Shown one piece after another: positions 18,601 through 27,989 of a DNA stretch of 61,332 nucleotides. This DNA is from a virus (Duplodnaviria > Caudoviricetes). The stretch spans positions 1-61,332 of the IMG/VR virus record IMGVR_UViG_3300005253_000079. One strand, written 5' to 3'. The position numbers were made by a program, and so were the translations under genes. Under the pieces are notes generated by a model. That model was not told the DNA's origin. It did not search any database and was given only the letters and a program-made list of their open reading frames with translations. Numbering within the stretch: position 1 is the stretch's first letter; every line of letters starts with the position of its first letter.

Positions 18601-20929
18601 GAGCCTCAGCAGCAGGACGACCCTCTAGTTCTGCGAATCTAGCCTGGGCCTCTGGGGATAGTTGCTCTGCCCCTCGACCCCCCCGACTTATGGCACGACC
18701 CGTAGCAAGAGTCTCAGGATCGAAGACATCTGTGATTGGAGTCTGGGATATCAGATCTAGATCGTCGGGATTGTATTGGGTTGTTGGCCTACGCCGGGGG
18801 CCTCGAGGCTCAGTCGGAGCACCAATAACCTCACCTGATACAGATATCGGCTTGGCCTCCGGCTTGACGCGAAAGGTGAAAATAACATCATCCAGTTCGC
18901 CGGTGTTAGCAACTCCCCTAATGTCAGGAGCCGTAAAGAGACCCCTAGTTCTTGTACCTTGGATTATCTCCTCAGTTCTGTCCGCATGACCGGCCCAATA
19001 AACAATATCATCGCCTGTGTCTACATCGACACGGCTGACAACGGGAACCTCAGCCAGAGTACGGGTTTCGGGACTGACTGCCAGACGTGGAGCGGGTGGA
19101 GCCTCTTCAGCTACCTCAGCAGCAGCCCTCGCAGGAGCACCGGGTGGAAGTTCCAGCTCTCCAGGACGACCAGGCTCGACTCGGCCAGGAACCTCAACAT
19201 CAACTCGTGGCGGAGCACGGCCAGGGATTTCCAGCTCCGCTGCTGTCACAGGAACACGAGGAGGGGCACCAGGGACGGTTATAGCCTCACTAATGTCAGG
19301 TCCCTTTATTAGAGGACCACTAACGTCAATCCCTTTGAAAAAATCGTCAAAAGCATCACCAAACTTAGTGGTTAAGATGCGACGGACACGAGGCGCAGAC
19401 GTAAGAGCACTACGAAAGGCAGGACTTGCTACACGAAACAACTCAGGAGCGCCCGATCCAGCAATGCCACCACCAACAAATATGAGAGCCTTCTCAATAT
19501 CTGAGAGGGGAGTCTCACCACGAACACGGGCACCGGCCATAGCCTGTTCGATATTAACAAAGCCTTCAATAAGAAAACGTTTTCCCATTCGTGCAATAAG
19601 TGGGCCTTTCGACACAATACCAAAAGCAGCCGATGTGGGCACCGCAAACTCAGCAATAAGCTCAGACGCACGCTCCGCAGCCGGTATTCTAAGTGCCTGA
19701 AGACCCGTCTCAATAACAGGCCTCGTAAACGGTGTAATAGCAACCTGCTCAACCTCAAACAGGGCCTCTACAACATCTTTGGCGTATTGCGGGATAATCT
19801 CAGGATTATTTATAACGTGTTGGATACCACCAAATAGCGACCACTCGTCATCAAGACCCTCTGGTACTGTCTGCCAAATGCCTTTGGCCCGCCACTCACT
19901 AGCAGGTACAGCATCAACAGAACCGTGAGTCCGAACAAGATCTTTTATTGTTTCAGTGCGACGATCTCGCTCAACTTGAAACTCCTCCTGCCGTGCTGCC
20001 AGACCAGGATCAAAGCCCTTAACACCTTCGCGTATAAAAGCTTCCGGAGCCGGTCTTAGTTCAGCTTCGCCCGGCACAGGTGGAGGAATCGTAGAAAGGA
20101 CAACTCTATTGACCTTTTCAATAGTCGCGGGATCGAGACCTTTACCACCTACCTCAAGAGCTGTTGCATCACCCGATAGAATATCTAGCCCCTCAAACCC
20201 AAATCTCTTATACTGCGATACAACGCTATTAAACGTATCAATATCAAGGCCCTCTTTCTGAAGACCGGCGCTTAGACGCACTAAGCCCTCACGCCCCTCC
20301 TCAGGGAGATTCATAATAGACTTGCCAAAGTCTCTAACGCGCTGACCGCCCTCGATCATGCGAGCACGTTCTATAGCATCCTCCGGATTAACGTCCGGAC
20401 GGGCCAATAATCCCTGAAGAATTGCATCATTAGGCTGGTCGGGCGAGAAATCCGACACCATATCCTTTAACTGCTCGCGTTGAACAATGTCTTGATCGGC
20501 CTCCTTTATACGATGCGCCCCCGCCTCTATAGCCTGACCTTCAGCCAATGTCTGCTCGGACTCTTCTTTAATCTTAGTTGCTTCACCTAAGAGAGCGAGT
20601 GGAGGAGTCAGAAGGGCACTTTCCTCAGACTGACGGCTCTGCATTTCAGCATCACGCTGCCGCCCTATCGCTGCGGTCCTTAGAGCGGTATCAATGACAA
20701 ACTGGGAGAACTCGCCACTCCTGCGCTGAGTCTTTACCTCACGGGCAAAGTCAATAGGGATAGTCGGAGAGACAGTAGGAACTGGACGTGTCGGAGGACG
20801 AGTTGGAGTAGGCGTAGGAGTTCTTGTAGGACGAGGAGTTGGTGTTGGAGTAGTAGGAATACCTAGACCGGCCTCTTCCAGAGCCCGGCGTGTCTCCTTC
20901 TCGTTGAGGCCGGGAATTAGAAGCGCCAC
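15629..20929 (-). CDS. Large internal virion/DNA-ejection (polyvalent-like) protein, 1766 aa
   Basis: Size and position between portal and scaffold; PT-rich N-terminus; C-terminal DFSAWLRQG and DPRSADWGKLKIG motifs like those of large helical phage virion proteins. Confidence 0.65.
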   Translation of the reverse strand: MALLIPGLNEKETRRALEEAGLGIPTTPTPTPRPTRTPTPTPTRPPTRPVPTVSPTIPIDFAREVKTQRRSGEFSQFVIDTALRTAAIGRQRDAEMQSRQSEESALLTPPLALLGEATKIKEESEQTLAEGQAIEAGAHRIKEADQDIVQREQLKDMVSDFSPDQPNDAILQGLLARPDVNPEDAIERARMIEGGQRVRDFGKSIMNLPEEGREGLVRLSAGLQKEGLDIDTFNSVVSQYKRFGFEGLDILSGDATALEVGGKGLDPATIEKVNRVVLSTIPPPVPGEAELRPAPEAFIREGVKGFDPGLAARQEEFQVERDRRTETIKDLVRTHGSVDAVPASEWRAKGIWQTVPEGLDDEWSLFGGIQHVINNPEIIPQYAKDVVEALFEVEQVAITPFTRPVIETGLQALRIPAAERASELIAEFAVPTSAAFGIVSKGPLIARMGKRFLIEGFVNIEQAMAGARVRGETPLSDIEKALIFVGGGIAGSGAPELFRVASPAFRSALTSAPRVRRILTTKFGDAFDDFFKGIDVSGPLIKGPDISEAITVPGAPPRVPVTAAELEIPGRAPPRVDVEVPGRVEPGRPGELELPPGAPARAAAEVAEEAPPAPRLAVSPETRTLAEVPVVSRVDVDTGDDIVYWAGHADRTEEIIQGTRTRGLFTAPDIRGVANTGELDDVIFTFRVKPEAKPISVSGEVIGAPTEPRGPRRRPTTQYNPDDLDLISQTPITDVFDPETLATGRAISRGGRGAEQLSPEAQARFAELEGRPAAEALPSRPQGAAASEATETVEVPLQRAAPAREAVSTAEGRFQNAQARLAAAQAKRVPGIGTKAAKKNKQVVTRAKKAVDKAKKDLDQVTSERARAEPPEGAEELGRLQDEAASALPGGRLHRLQPNQTGSPVDRLKQVLRGAQRLGSEQRAIAQKRLEAAVAKASRQFEAVLTKEGRKPGELTSALYGGLKGKRKLPTIDPPRQFFTADEIVDLETQIANHYGPGQRLSAGNAIDALTKLLDGYDVASGERTLLRNVFGEDFSRSMIKALDSPLKQAGRELFQIVNIQRVFLSGFGPLDFSAWLRQGALGLMAPKEWTRSAVGSVRVWASSLGNREWTVAYARGIVDDALYESAKADGVAVEVAEKISKRGAGVELIEETILTDAEHSFVGRFLLEPEILGLKLPPVIRATADSYSLFLAKLRLDLYKMYRKDILSGTGIAKGLGAGTLEDVTAMGRGISRLTGRGTLGPLEQEARLWNQILYAARLQASRVQAPMQLLHSSPYVRRVAAKHFLGYAGTVMTTLALFDASGLAEVEWDPRSADWGKLKIGPTRIDLTAGFGPMIRLAGRIATNTTIDPLGEARDIGFIETMGRFIRSKMAPFPGLGADLYSGTNFLGERLEGSWESVRTETFNRIVPLAIQSLIEAIQEGGWPSTPLGLSETVGIGSQSYTPISVEVAEELDNDIFQGLINIEDYPELGGRGPRRIGELHPLDRDGFEDRHPEIIEEYEKRSEDALGAIGERVKGRILGELSRELTDQAVADLTTAAEAFRRGGPDAGRQFREAANTVALRTRGGRSAINSLRENFGLREAERPDEPGLKQDMFDYFEIFDKHPTADTDPNAAELLFDELDTFLAQVGPLRNDAIVENLGIDLKKIPEYKELKDDRQVIRESGYFDRKDQAWDIVTAKKPELAQFEDVNAYVASRELELAKRFGAKPAEVLVKRDPIVRGFDQIMVQELRRWQKAHPSINELVIKWGYRDRSVSDIILERKQR

Positions 20930-20933
20930 TTAG

Positions 20934-21101
20934 TTACTTTCTTGCCGGACGGCCAGTTGGCTTAAATCCGTGCTTGATTCCTCTCAATAAATTAAGCTGT
21001 CTTTGGCCCTTTATCTTGGACTCGTGAGTACCCTTTACCTGGCCTGTATCGGTGTTGACAACCTTCCACACGTCTCCCCTTTTTTGTAGCGCAAACGGCA
21101 T
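20934..21101 (-). CDS. 55-aa basic hypothetical protein (MPFALQKRGDVWKVVNTDTGQVKGTHES...)
   Basis: Manual translation; fills the gap between 21104 and 20929. Confidence 0.65.
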   Translation of the reverse strand: MPFALQKRGDVWKVVNTDTGQVKGTHESKIKGQRQLNLLRGIKHGFKPTGRPARK

Positions 21102-21103
21102 GG

Positions 21104-21649
21104 CTACAATCCGGGAATACGAGTAGATTCAAAGAAGAACTGCACGTCCTCAGGTCTCATACCCATAGACTGAAATAGTCCCAGAAGCGCCCGCTGCACT
21201 GTCGGACTTGTAGTACCAAAGAACGTAGGATCAATTTCACTCAGTAGCGGCGCTCTACCTGACATAAGCCTTGCCTGACCCATCTCATTGATAAACGGAT
21301 TACCACGAACGGCACCAGACAGAAGTCTAGCCGCATCTGCTGTCGGGCTTGAAGGGGCCATTCCTAGAGACTCGCCCTCTGAACCAAGTAGGCCACCAGA
21401 TGCAAGGCGTAGACGGGCTCTTTCCTCAACCGGACTTAGTATACCAGGAACACCCGCTAGTCCACCAGAGTTTATCAGGTCTAGAATACCAGGCTGAGCC
21501 TGCGTTCGACGAGCAAACTCCTCAAGAGGTGATCCTAGTCCAAGTGTCGTTACTGCCGGAGGACGAGGCTGGAAGACTGGAGTAGGAAACAACGAAGCCC
21601 GCTGGTTCTTGCTTGTCTTCTGACGCGGGAACAGTTCACCAACAGCCAC
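21104..21649 (-). CDS. Putative small ejection/internal virion protein
   Basis: Gly/Ala/Leu-rich; synteny. Confidence 0.5.
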   Translation of the reverse strand: MAVGELFPRQKTSKNQRASLFPTPVFQPRPPAVTTLGLGSPLEEFARRTQAQPGILDLINSGGLAGVPGILSPVEERARLRLASGGLLGSEGESLGMAPSSPTADAARLLSGAVRGNPFINEMGQARLMSGRAPLLSEIDPTFFGTTSPTVQRALLGLFQSMGMRPEDVQFFFESTRIPGL

Positions 21650-22248
21650 TATCGCGCAACCCCCAATCTACCTGGCTGCACCTTTCGCCGCCGTAGAAAC
21701 TGTCCGCCTAAGAGACGAGGCACTATTTCTCGCCTAGCGTTGCGGACATTGTTACGTGGCGAGGTAAGACCAAGCAGTGATGGTGTAGGCGTTCCAGTCG
21801 CAGTTGGTGTAGGAGTAGGAGCCTCCACCTGTCCGGCTGCAAAGCCAGCCAAGTCATCAAGCAGTCGATCAACTAGACCACCAAAGGGAGACGGAGCACC
21901 TGCACCACCAGTAGCGCCAAACGCACCTACTGGAGCTTGAACACCACCACCGGCTGCGTTAAACGCCTGAAGCGCAGGCACGATCGAGAACGGATCCTGT
22001 TGCACACCAAATAGCTGCCCGAGTAGTCCGAGGCCAACACTCTTTCGACCGCCTCGTGCCAACTCAGTAGCCTGAAAGATATCAAGTAGCCGATCGGCAT
22101 CTGCCGAACCACCTCCCACATTAAAGATTTGACTAAGTGGGTTAATTGGATCAAAGACATTGCCAAGCCCGGCAAAGCCACCACCACCACCAGTTTCACT
22201 TACGAGAAGATGCCTAGACATTTCTGATTCCCTCCAACATAGCGGCAA
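21649..22248 (-). CDS. Putative small ejection protein (start probably ATG at 22221)
   Basis: Gly-rich amphipathic segments; synteny. Confidence 0.5.
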   Translation of the reverse strand: MPLCWRESEMSRHLLVSETGGGGGFAGLGNVFDPINPLSQIFNVGGGSADADRLLDIFQATELARGGRKSVGLGLLGQLFGVQQDPFSIVPALQAFNAAGGGVQAPVGAFGATGGAGAPSPFGGLVDRLLDDLAGFAAGQVEAPTPTPTATGTPTPSLLGLTSPRNNVRNARREIVPRLLGGQFLRRRKVQPGRLGVAR

Positions 22249-22792
22249 TCTCCGGACTTAATGGTCCCTCCTGAGCAATAGCTCCTGGCCGAAGCTGCTT
22301 ATGCTGAATGCGCACCGGATCGAACGGTAGGTCAAACTCCTCAGAGAATGAGCTGAGCAACCCTCCTGGTCCGAGTCCTGAGAAGAACTCCTGACTAGGA
22401 TCAACAAGGAAGGGCAGAAGGCCCTGAGCTGTCTCTAGGGCTCCCTTTCTGCGACTTGCAATGTCTTTAGTAGCGTCAAGGTATCCAGTTAATGCAACCC
22501 TTGCTGTATCCAACGATAGCTGCCTAAGTCCGAGAGCTTCCATAGCCTTGTTATGGCGTATAGACTCTGCACTATCACCGCCTAGTGAGGGGGATTTAAT
22601 AGATGTCGCCAGTGTAAACTGACCAAACACGTCCTTCTCATAGATCCCAATCCGATCAGTGCCAGGAATTACAGCCTGCCACACATCAGGAAATAGTTCT
22701 ATAGCTTCAGGAGGAACTCCAGGAGGTCTCTCTCCATTACCATCCTCCTCAAGCAGAGGAATAACAGGTCTTTGTCCAGATATGCCAGCCAA
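22214..22792 (-). CDS. Putative internal virion protein
   Basis: ESIRHNKAME motif, helical; synteny. Confidence 0.5.
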   Translation of the reverse strand: MAGISGQRPVIPLLEEDGNGERPPGVPPEAIELFPDVWQAVIPGTDRIGIYEKDVFGQFTLATSIKSPSLGGDSAESIRHNKAMEALGLRQLSLDTARVALTGYLDATKDIASRRKGALETAQGLLPFLVDPSQEFFSGLGPGGLLSSFSEEFDLPFDPVRIQHKQLRPGAIAQEGPLSPEIAAMLEGIRNV

Positions 22793-22793
22793 C

Positions 22794-23099
22794 TTATAAC
22801 TCCTGCTCTGGTCTAATCCCTAGTATATCATTTATCGTATCCAGAGACAAGTCTAGCATCTCAAGTATCTTGATCCGCTCCTCAGGTGTCTCCATAGTTC
22901 CTAGTATAGCGATAACCTGTTGCGGAGTCATTCGTTTGATAAGGTCCTTAGTGATCGGCTCTGAAAGAGGAGCATACCCTGAGCTTAGTAAGCCTTCAAA
23001 GATAATCCGGTCCAAAAGCGAGTCTACACGATCGAGTACGTTATCTACTCTTTCGTTCACCCACTCACCACTCAAGAGGCTAGGTGCTTCGTGTGACAT
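22794..23099 (-). CDS. Hypothetical protein
   Basis: Coupled to the portal stop. Confidence 0.6.
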   Translation of the reverse strand: MSHEAPSLLSGEWVNERVDNVLDRVDSLLDRIIFEGLLSSGYAPLSEPITKDLIKRMTPQQVIAILGTMETPEERIKILEMLDLSLDTINDILGIRPEQEL

Positions 23100-25129
23100 T
23101 ATACCGTTATCGGCTGATCCCCGCCACCTTCCATCACAGGCGGGCCTTGATCAGTTACTGATGGAGCAACAGGCATATTTACTCCGGGTAATCTTATAAT
23201 ATCCTCAATACCTCCACCTTGACCGCCTCCCTCAGCTAGACCTGATCCCGGAGTCGGTCCCATAGCAAGTTGGAGCTTCTGCTGCGCTCGCTGTATAACC
23301 ATCTTCACAATCTCAGGCATGACGCCTTCCATTGTAGCCTTTAGCATCTTACCCTCAAAGACACGAGCAATCTCATCCTCAGGGTTCTCAACATCTGACT
23401 GCTCCATCATGGTTAGATAGCCCAGAGAACCTTCAGCCTCCCGTTGTGACGTAGCCTGCCACTTAGCATACTTAGTTACAGCAGTCTCAGCACCTAACGT
23501 AACTAGAAGATCGAAGTTCAGATCAGCCATTTCGGGTGTAATAACAGCAGGTTCCGATACCCTAAGCTTCTTGCCTGATCGAGCAGAGTTTGGTAGTGTA
23601 GGAATATACACAGGCAAACCGTGCTTTCGTACCGAGTATATAATGCCCTTCATCAGTTCGGCTAGCGCATCTGCTCTGGCGTTCTGATAGGGCACTGCCT
23701 GAATGTCAGCCTGTGCAATCTGGAGCGCCAGCCTGTGACCAGATGTATCCGACGTGGCATCACCCTGTAGCGCCTCCTGGAAGGTATAGATCCCCTGTTC
23801 CTGAAGTATGCGACTAGATACCCTCTCTACAGAGGTCTTTGGAGTCTCGACTTTCTTGATATCTCCCTGAACGACAGCAATTTCTCTACCCTGCTGTACG
23901 TCAGGAGCCTTGGACTCGTCTGTTGCCGGAAGTCGTGCCTCTGGCGACACCTTAACATAGGACGGCGCAAGGGCCTCTTCAACAGCAGCCGAGAGCAGAG
24001 CTGTAGCGAGCACGTTATCCGGCTGTGCCAGGTTTAGTAATCCGAGAATAGGCGGCTGAAACTCATCAGCAGGATCGGCCTCAGTCGTAATGTCTCCATA
24101 GACGAGAGCATAGCCGGTTGTATATGGACCAAAGGGATTAGGAAATACCAGGTGTACGCCCCGATCGCTACTCTTCATATCCGGAGTAACGTCCTTAATA
24201 TCAGGGTGCTCAATCAGAAGGACAATCTCATTACGAGTGCGTATCTCTGCATAGCCAACTTCCATCGACAAGTCTCTGACAATGCTGACGTAGTCCGGAG
24301 CCGTCCTGCCACTAACCACATCTGATCCTTCCCCACCTAAAATCAGCCTATTGTTCTTAACCTCGATTGGGTATCCCGCACTGTTTAGTGCCTCTAGGAG
24401 AGGATGAAGTGACTTCTTACCTGCCTCAACTATAGTAGCAATCCCATCACCGTCCCGAAAGAAAGAACACGTTAGGGGATCGACAGCCGATAGCCTGTAA
24501 GGAGGCAACTCCGCACGTAGAGCACGATCAGTTGCCTTTCCAAACGCCAACGCCTCAGGGTTATCCTTATCTTGAGCAGCCTCAAGCTCTTCCCGAAACA
24601 TTCGCCGTGCCTTATTACGTTCGACAGCATCATCATCATCTTCTGGTTCATCATCTTTTTCAATGTCGTCCAGATCGAAGTGCGCTAGAGACGCCCCATG
24701 ATCGGGCAGGAAGTCGATCTTAGCGATACCGAGACCGTCGCCCTGTTGATACTCAACAACCTGCCACTCGAATGCAGGATTAGAGCGAGTCATCCACTTG
24801 TAGAGAGCCTTCAGTCCGTCCTCAAGTTTCTGTCCCATCGACTGCTCGGACGTATTACCACTAGACAGAACTATCTCAAAGCGAGGTTTGTTAGCTATTA
24901 GTCGCTTGACTCGCTTGTGGCAATCCTGATTAGGCAGCTCGGTCTGCTGCACAATGAGAGCCGTGTCAGAGACTAGAGAGTTGAGAGGAAGCTTCTTCAG
25001 TTCCTGCGTCATACGCCTATAGCGTATATCACGACGACGCCGCCACTTAGTTGTGCGGTTCTCGAATTGATTGACGAGCGTATCACGCAGACGCCATAGT
25101 TCGTCAGCAGACGCAGTATCTAAAGGCAT
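23099..25129 (-). CDS. Portal protein (676 aa)
   Basis: Size, position after TerL, DGLGIAKIDF and VDPL strands, GDATSDTSG..L..Q motif, low-complexity tail. Confidence 0.75.
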   Translation of the reverse strand: MPLDTASADELWRLRDTLVNQFENRTTKWRRRRDIRYRRMTQELKKLPLNSLVSDTALIVQQTELPNQDCHKRVKRLIANKPRFEIVLSSGNTSEQSMGQKLEDGLKALYKWMTRSNPAFEWQVVEYQQGDGLGIAKIDFLPDHGASLAHFDLDDIEKDDEPEDDDDAVERNKARRMFREELEAAQDKDNPEALAFGKATDRALRAELPPYRLSAVDPLTCSFFRDGDGIATIVEAGKKSLHPLLEALNSAGYPIEVKNNRLILGGEGSDVVSGRTAPDYVSIVRDLSMEVGYAEIRTRNEIVLLIEHPDIKDVTPDMKSSDRGVHLVFPNPFGPYTTGYALVYGDITTEADPADEFQPPILGLLNLAQPDNVLATALLSAAVEEALAPSYVKVSPEARLPATDESKAPDVQQGREIAVVQGDIKKVETPKTSVERVSSRILQEQGIYTFQEALQGDATSDTSGHRLALQIAQADIQAVPYQNARADALAELMKGIIYSVRKHGLPVYIPTLPNSARSGKKLRVSEPAVITPEMADLNFDLLVTLGAETAVTKYAKWQATSQREAEGSLGYLTMMEQSDVENPEDEIARVFEGKMLKATMEGVMPEIVKMVIQRAQQKLQLAMGPTPGSGLAEGGGQGGGIEDIIRLPGVNMPVAPSVTDQGPPVMEGGGDQPITV

Positions 25130-25392
25130 TAGACCTCATTCTTATGATAGTCACACAAAGGGGTCGGTTCTCCGTTGGTAAGAAAAGCAAGCGAAAGGTA
25201 CGCTTTACGCAGGCAGTTCTCAAAAACACAAGGATCTGTTCGCTTCCGTTTCTCAAAAGCAAACGCTAGAAAGCCCGCCACAAAATGCCAGCGCCCCCAA
25301 CACCAACCAACCGAAAATGGATTTATCCTAGTAGATACGCCCATAATTCCATACGTAGGACTGATCCTAAACCTTACATATACAGTTTTCAT
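25129..25392 (-). CDS. Hypothetical protein with C-terminal Cys/His motif
   Basis: GGAGG SD; coupled to the portal start. Confidence 0.55.
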   Translation of the reverse strand: MKTVYVRFRISPTYGIMGVSTRINPFSVGWCWGRWHFVAGFLAFAFEKRKRTDPCVFENCLRKAYLSLAFLTNGEPTPLCDYHKNEV

Positions 25393-25394
25393 TT

Positions 25395-26906
25395 CTACCT
25401 CCCATGACTAGCTATCAGACCCTCTAGTGTCAAGAGCGTCTCCTCTGGAGTATACACCTTTGGCCGTCCTACGGAAAGCCCCTTTGGTCCTATGTAGTAT
25501 TTTGGGGCGTCCCCAACCTGACCACTACCCTGGAATATGTGACGAACCAGGTATCGTGCTGCATCAGGAGCGTGATCCTCTAGTTTAGTATCAATGTCCT
25601 CGATGTTATGCTTATCAGATATCATAAGAGGCAGAGTACGAGCAAGGTTAGGACACGACTTCATAATATACATTCGAGGCGGCGTGAGAACCCCACCATC
25701 AGGAGCTTCCTTCCAGTCGAGGAGTTCTCTAATTAGCTTCCATCCAGGAATACGCTCATTGTTACCACGATAGACAGTTGTCGTCTTCCCAAATGTGTCA
25801 TCCCAATCCTCTGCCATGCTTTTGATTCGCTCACCCTTTACATTCACCTTGCTGAACAGAGACGGATCTAAGACTACTCCCTTTAGTTTCTCAGATGAAT
25901 CTGTAGTTACCTGCCAAGCCTTGAAAATCTGCTCCTGGGCAGTAACCCCTTCTCCATACTGTTCTCGATAGAACCATACGCTCTGGGTTCCTGGCGGTCT
26001 AGCTGCCCATAGAGTCGCATGAGGAGCGTTAAACCCATAGTCGTGACCAATCCAACGATCCCAGTCAGGAGGGATATCGAAAGGCTCAACGATGTGAATT
26101 TCTGAGCGCCACCTCTGGAAGAACTGCCCTGTAAATATATTCCAGTTGCCGTATAGTTTAGCCTGTTGCTCTTCGTATGGAAGACCTCGTAGCGTGTCCC
26201 TATAAGTCGGGTCGCTCTTCATCAGCGTGTAATTATCTTCAACGCTTGCAGGTATAAAGACTCTAGTATATGATCCACTCTGACGAGGCGTCCTCCAGAC
26301 TGTCATAGGCGGATACTGATCAACAAAATACTCCTTGACCCAAGAGTGACCGATTCCCAGAGGTGTAGCAGCCGATCGTATTCGGCGTCCGGGCCACCAA
26401 GGTTTAGTTGATCGGCACCGCGATCGTAAGTATGTGTAGGTATATTCCGAAAAGTGAGTCAGCTCATCAAATCCCATTGCATCAAATTCTGATGTGTCGT
26501 AGGTTCTAGCTTCCTCGTCGCGCTCACAGAACCGTAAGAAGAACATTGATCCGTTGTCAAAATGCATGACGTGAGAGCCAGAGGAGTACGTTGCTATAGA
26601 CGAGGGTATTTCCTGCTGAAGAGCGATGATGTGAGTATCTTCTAGTTGGCGATAAGACTGACGGAAGAGCACAACCTGAGCACCAGGATATGTCATACAG
26701 TAGGTAACAAACCATGCACGGAGAGCGTAAGACTTACCGCCTCCCGCAGCTCCCCCATAGAGGACTTCTTCAGCATCCGCTTGCATAAACGCTGTCTGCT
26801 TACCCTCATGGATCGGATAGAGCAGACCCCGCTCCTCAGACGGACCGGACTTACGAACCAGTTGCTGCTGCCGACTAAGTCTAGGACGTTGTGGCTTCGT
26901 CGGCAT
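25395..26906 (-). CDS. terL: Terminase large subunit
   Basis: YGGAAGGGKS Walker A, FDELT Walker B, ATP coupling motif, GHSWVK, nuclease DYG and DHAPDAARY. Confidence 0.97.
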   Translation of the reverse strand: MPTKPQRPRLSRQQQLVRKSGPSEERGLLYPIHEGKQTAFMQADAEEVLYGGAAGGGKSYALRAWFVTYCMTYPGAQVVLFRQSYRQLEDTHIIALQQEIPSSIATYSSGSHVMHFDNGSMFFLRFCERDEEARTYDTSEFDAMGFDELTHFSEYTYTYLRSRCRSTKPWWPGRRIRSAATPLGIGHSWVKEYFVDQYPPMTVWRTPRQSGSYTRVFIPASVEDNYTLMKSDPTYRDTLRGLPYEEQQAKLYGNWNIFTGQFFQRWRSEIHIVEPFDIPPDWDRWIGHDYGFNAPHATLWAARPPGTQSVWFYREQYGEGVTAQEQIFKAWQVTTDSSEKLKGVVLDPSLFSKVNVKGERIKSMAEDWDDTFGKTTTVYRGNNERIPGWKLIRELLDWKEAPDGGVLTPPRMYIMKSCPNLARTLPLMISDKHNIEDIDTKLEDHAPDAARYLVRHIFQGSGQVGDAPKYYIGPKGLSVGRPKVYTPEETLLTLEGLIASHGR

Positions 26907-27279
26907 CTTCCTCTATCACCTTAGCCTTAACATCAATAATATCAGAGTCATCCTTAGGAATAGTAGCCCAGGGAGTTATACCTACCGGACCTCCGCCTTC
27001 ACCAGTGAACTCAAACCTCTGAGGAGGCTTACCCATTCCCCTATCAATAAGGTATTCAAGAGCCTGACGATCCGGAGGAGTTGTGTATACTGTAGGCTCC
27101 CCCCTCTTGCTAGGCTTCATTATAGTAACACCCCTAGCTAGTTCCTCTAGTTTCTTGAGGTAGCGAGGGAGGTTCTTAGTAACGTATAGCTCGGCTTTGC
27201 GAATAGCCTCATGTTGCGATACCTTGACTAGCTTCCCGCCTTCACGGACAGGGACTAGTTCTGTGCTTTCGTCAGTCAA
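26881..27279 (-). CDS. terS: Terminase small subunit
   Basis: Upstream of terL; ALEYLIDRGMGKP and EFTGEGGGPV motifs; TTG start with GGAG SD. Confidence 0.75.
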   Translation of the reverse strand: MTDESTELVPVREGGKLVKVSQHEAIRKAELYVTKNLPRYLKKLEELARGVTIMKPSKRGEPTVYTTPPDRQALEYLIDRGMGKPPQRFEFTGEGGGPVGITPWATIPKDDSDIIDVKAKVIEEDADEATTS

Positions 27280-27283
27280 TAAC

Positions 27284-27378
27284 AGTTGCTCCTAAATGAG
27301 CGCTGTGGGAGCAGACGGGAGGCAAGCGTCCACCCCCACAGACCATCTAGCATTGCACCAGACGGCACTTCGCCAGTC
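27284..27378 (-). promoter_or_regulatory. Structured 5' leader of terS
   Basis: Two G-U-containing hairpins on the minus strand (GCCGUCUGGU/GCUAGAUGGU; 15-bp CUGUGGGGGUGGACG/CGUCUGCUCCCACAG). Confidence 0.6.
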
Positions 27379-27380
27379 CT

Positions 27381-27409
27381 ATTATACACTAAGATGTTAC
27401 TGGTGTAAA
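27381..27409 (-). promoter_or_regulatory. Sigma70-type promoter for the terminase operon
   Basis: TTTACA-17 nt-TATAAT. Confidence 0.75.
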
Positions 27410-27862
27410 GGTTAAATCATCCGGAGGCCACGGACCATCCGTCCTGCCCTTGGGATTGTTGTCTCCATCAGCAGAGATCTTTTTCAGATCCTCAAACGAG
27501 ACGTCATCTTTAGTTGCAATTTCAGCGGGTAAGCCATACCTTATTCCCCAGAAGCCTCTATATATCTGAATAAGCAGCTTGGTCCCATCCCCACCAAAAC
27601 CATCAAACTCTATTGCCTGATCAATCAACCATCCTTCCATTACCGTAATATCTATATCAATCGACTTAAGATTGTCACCTTCATCAACAAACCTTAGTAT
27701 AGCATCATCGATCTTATGTCGGAAGGTTTCAATATCCTCACGTCCACCAAACGGAAATGGACCAGGCGTAATCCTCTTTCTCAATGTCCACGCTAGATCA
27801 TGGATTAGAGATATTTTCAGAGTGTCCTCAACATCTTTCATTTGGCCTGCCTCGTTCTCCAT
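27389..27862 (-). CDS. Hypothetical protein (start may be MKDVE)
   Basis: ORF in the minus arm. Confidence 0.65.
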   Translation of the reverse strand: MENEAGQMKDVEDTLKISLIHDLAWTLRKRITPGPFPFGGREDIETFRHKIDDAILRFVDEGDNLKSIDIDITVMEGWLIDQAIEFDGFGGDGTKLLIQIYRGFWGIRYGLPAEIATKDDVSFEDLKKISADGDNNPKGRTDGPWPPDDLTFTPVTS

Positions 27863-27989
27863 AATGCAAACATCACCAGGGCTAGTGTTACTACGTCCCC
27901 GGCTGAGAATATGCTACCTATTGCAACGTCTATCCCCACACATCTAGTCTGTCCCTCCTTAGTCTAAGACTACCTTACTTGTTATACTA

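Noticed and set aside
27365-27380. ZTP riboswitch (GACUGGCG at the terS leader start)
   Set aside because: The required downstream CGCCUGGG pseudoknot partner is absent
496-27947. Numerous + strand ORFs in the left arm (and - strand ORFs such as 30842..31741 in the right arm)
   Set aside because: Antisense shadows of well-supported genes, lacking SDs and motifs
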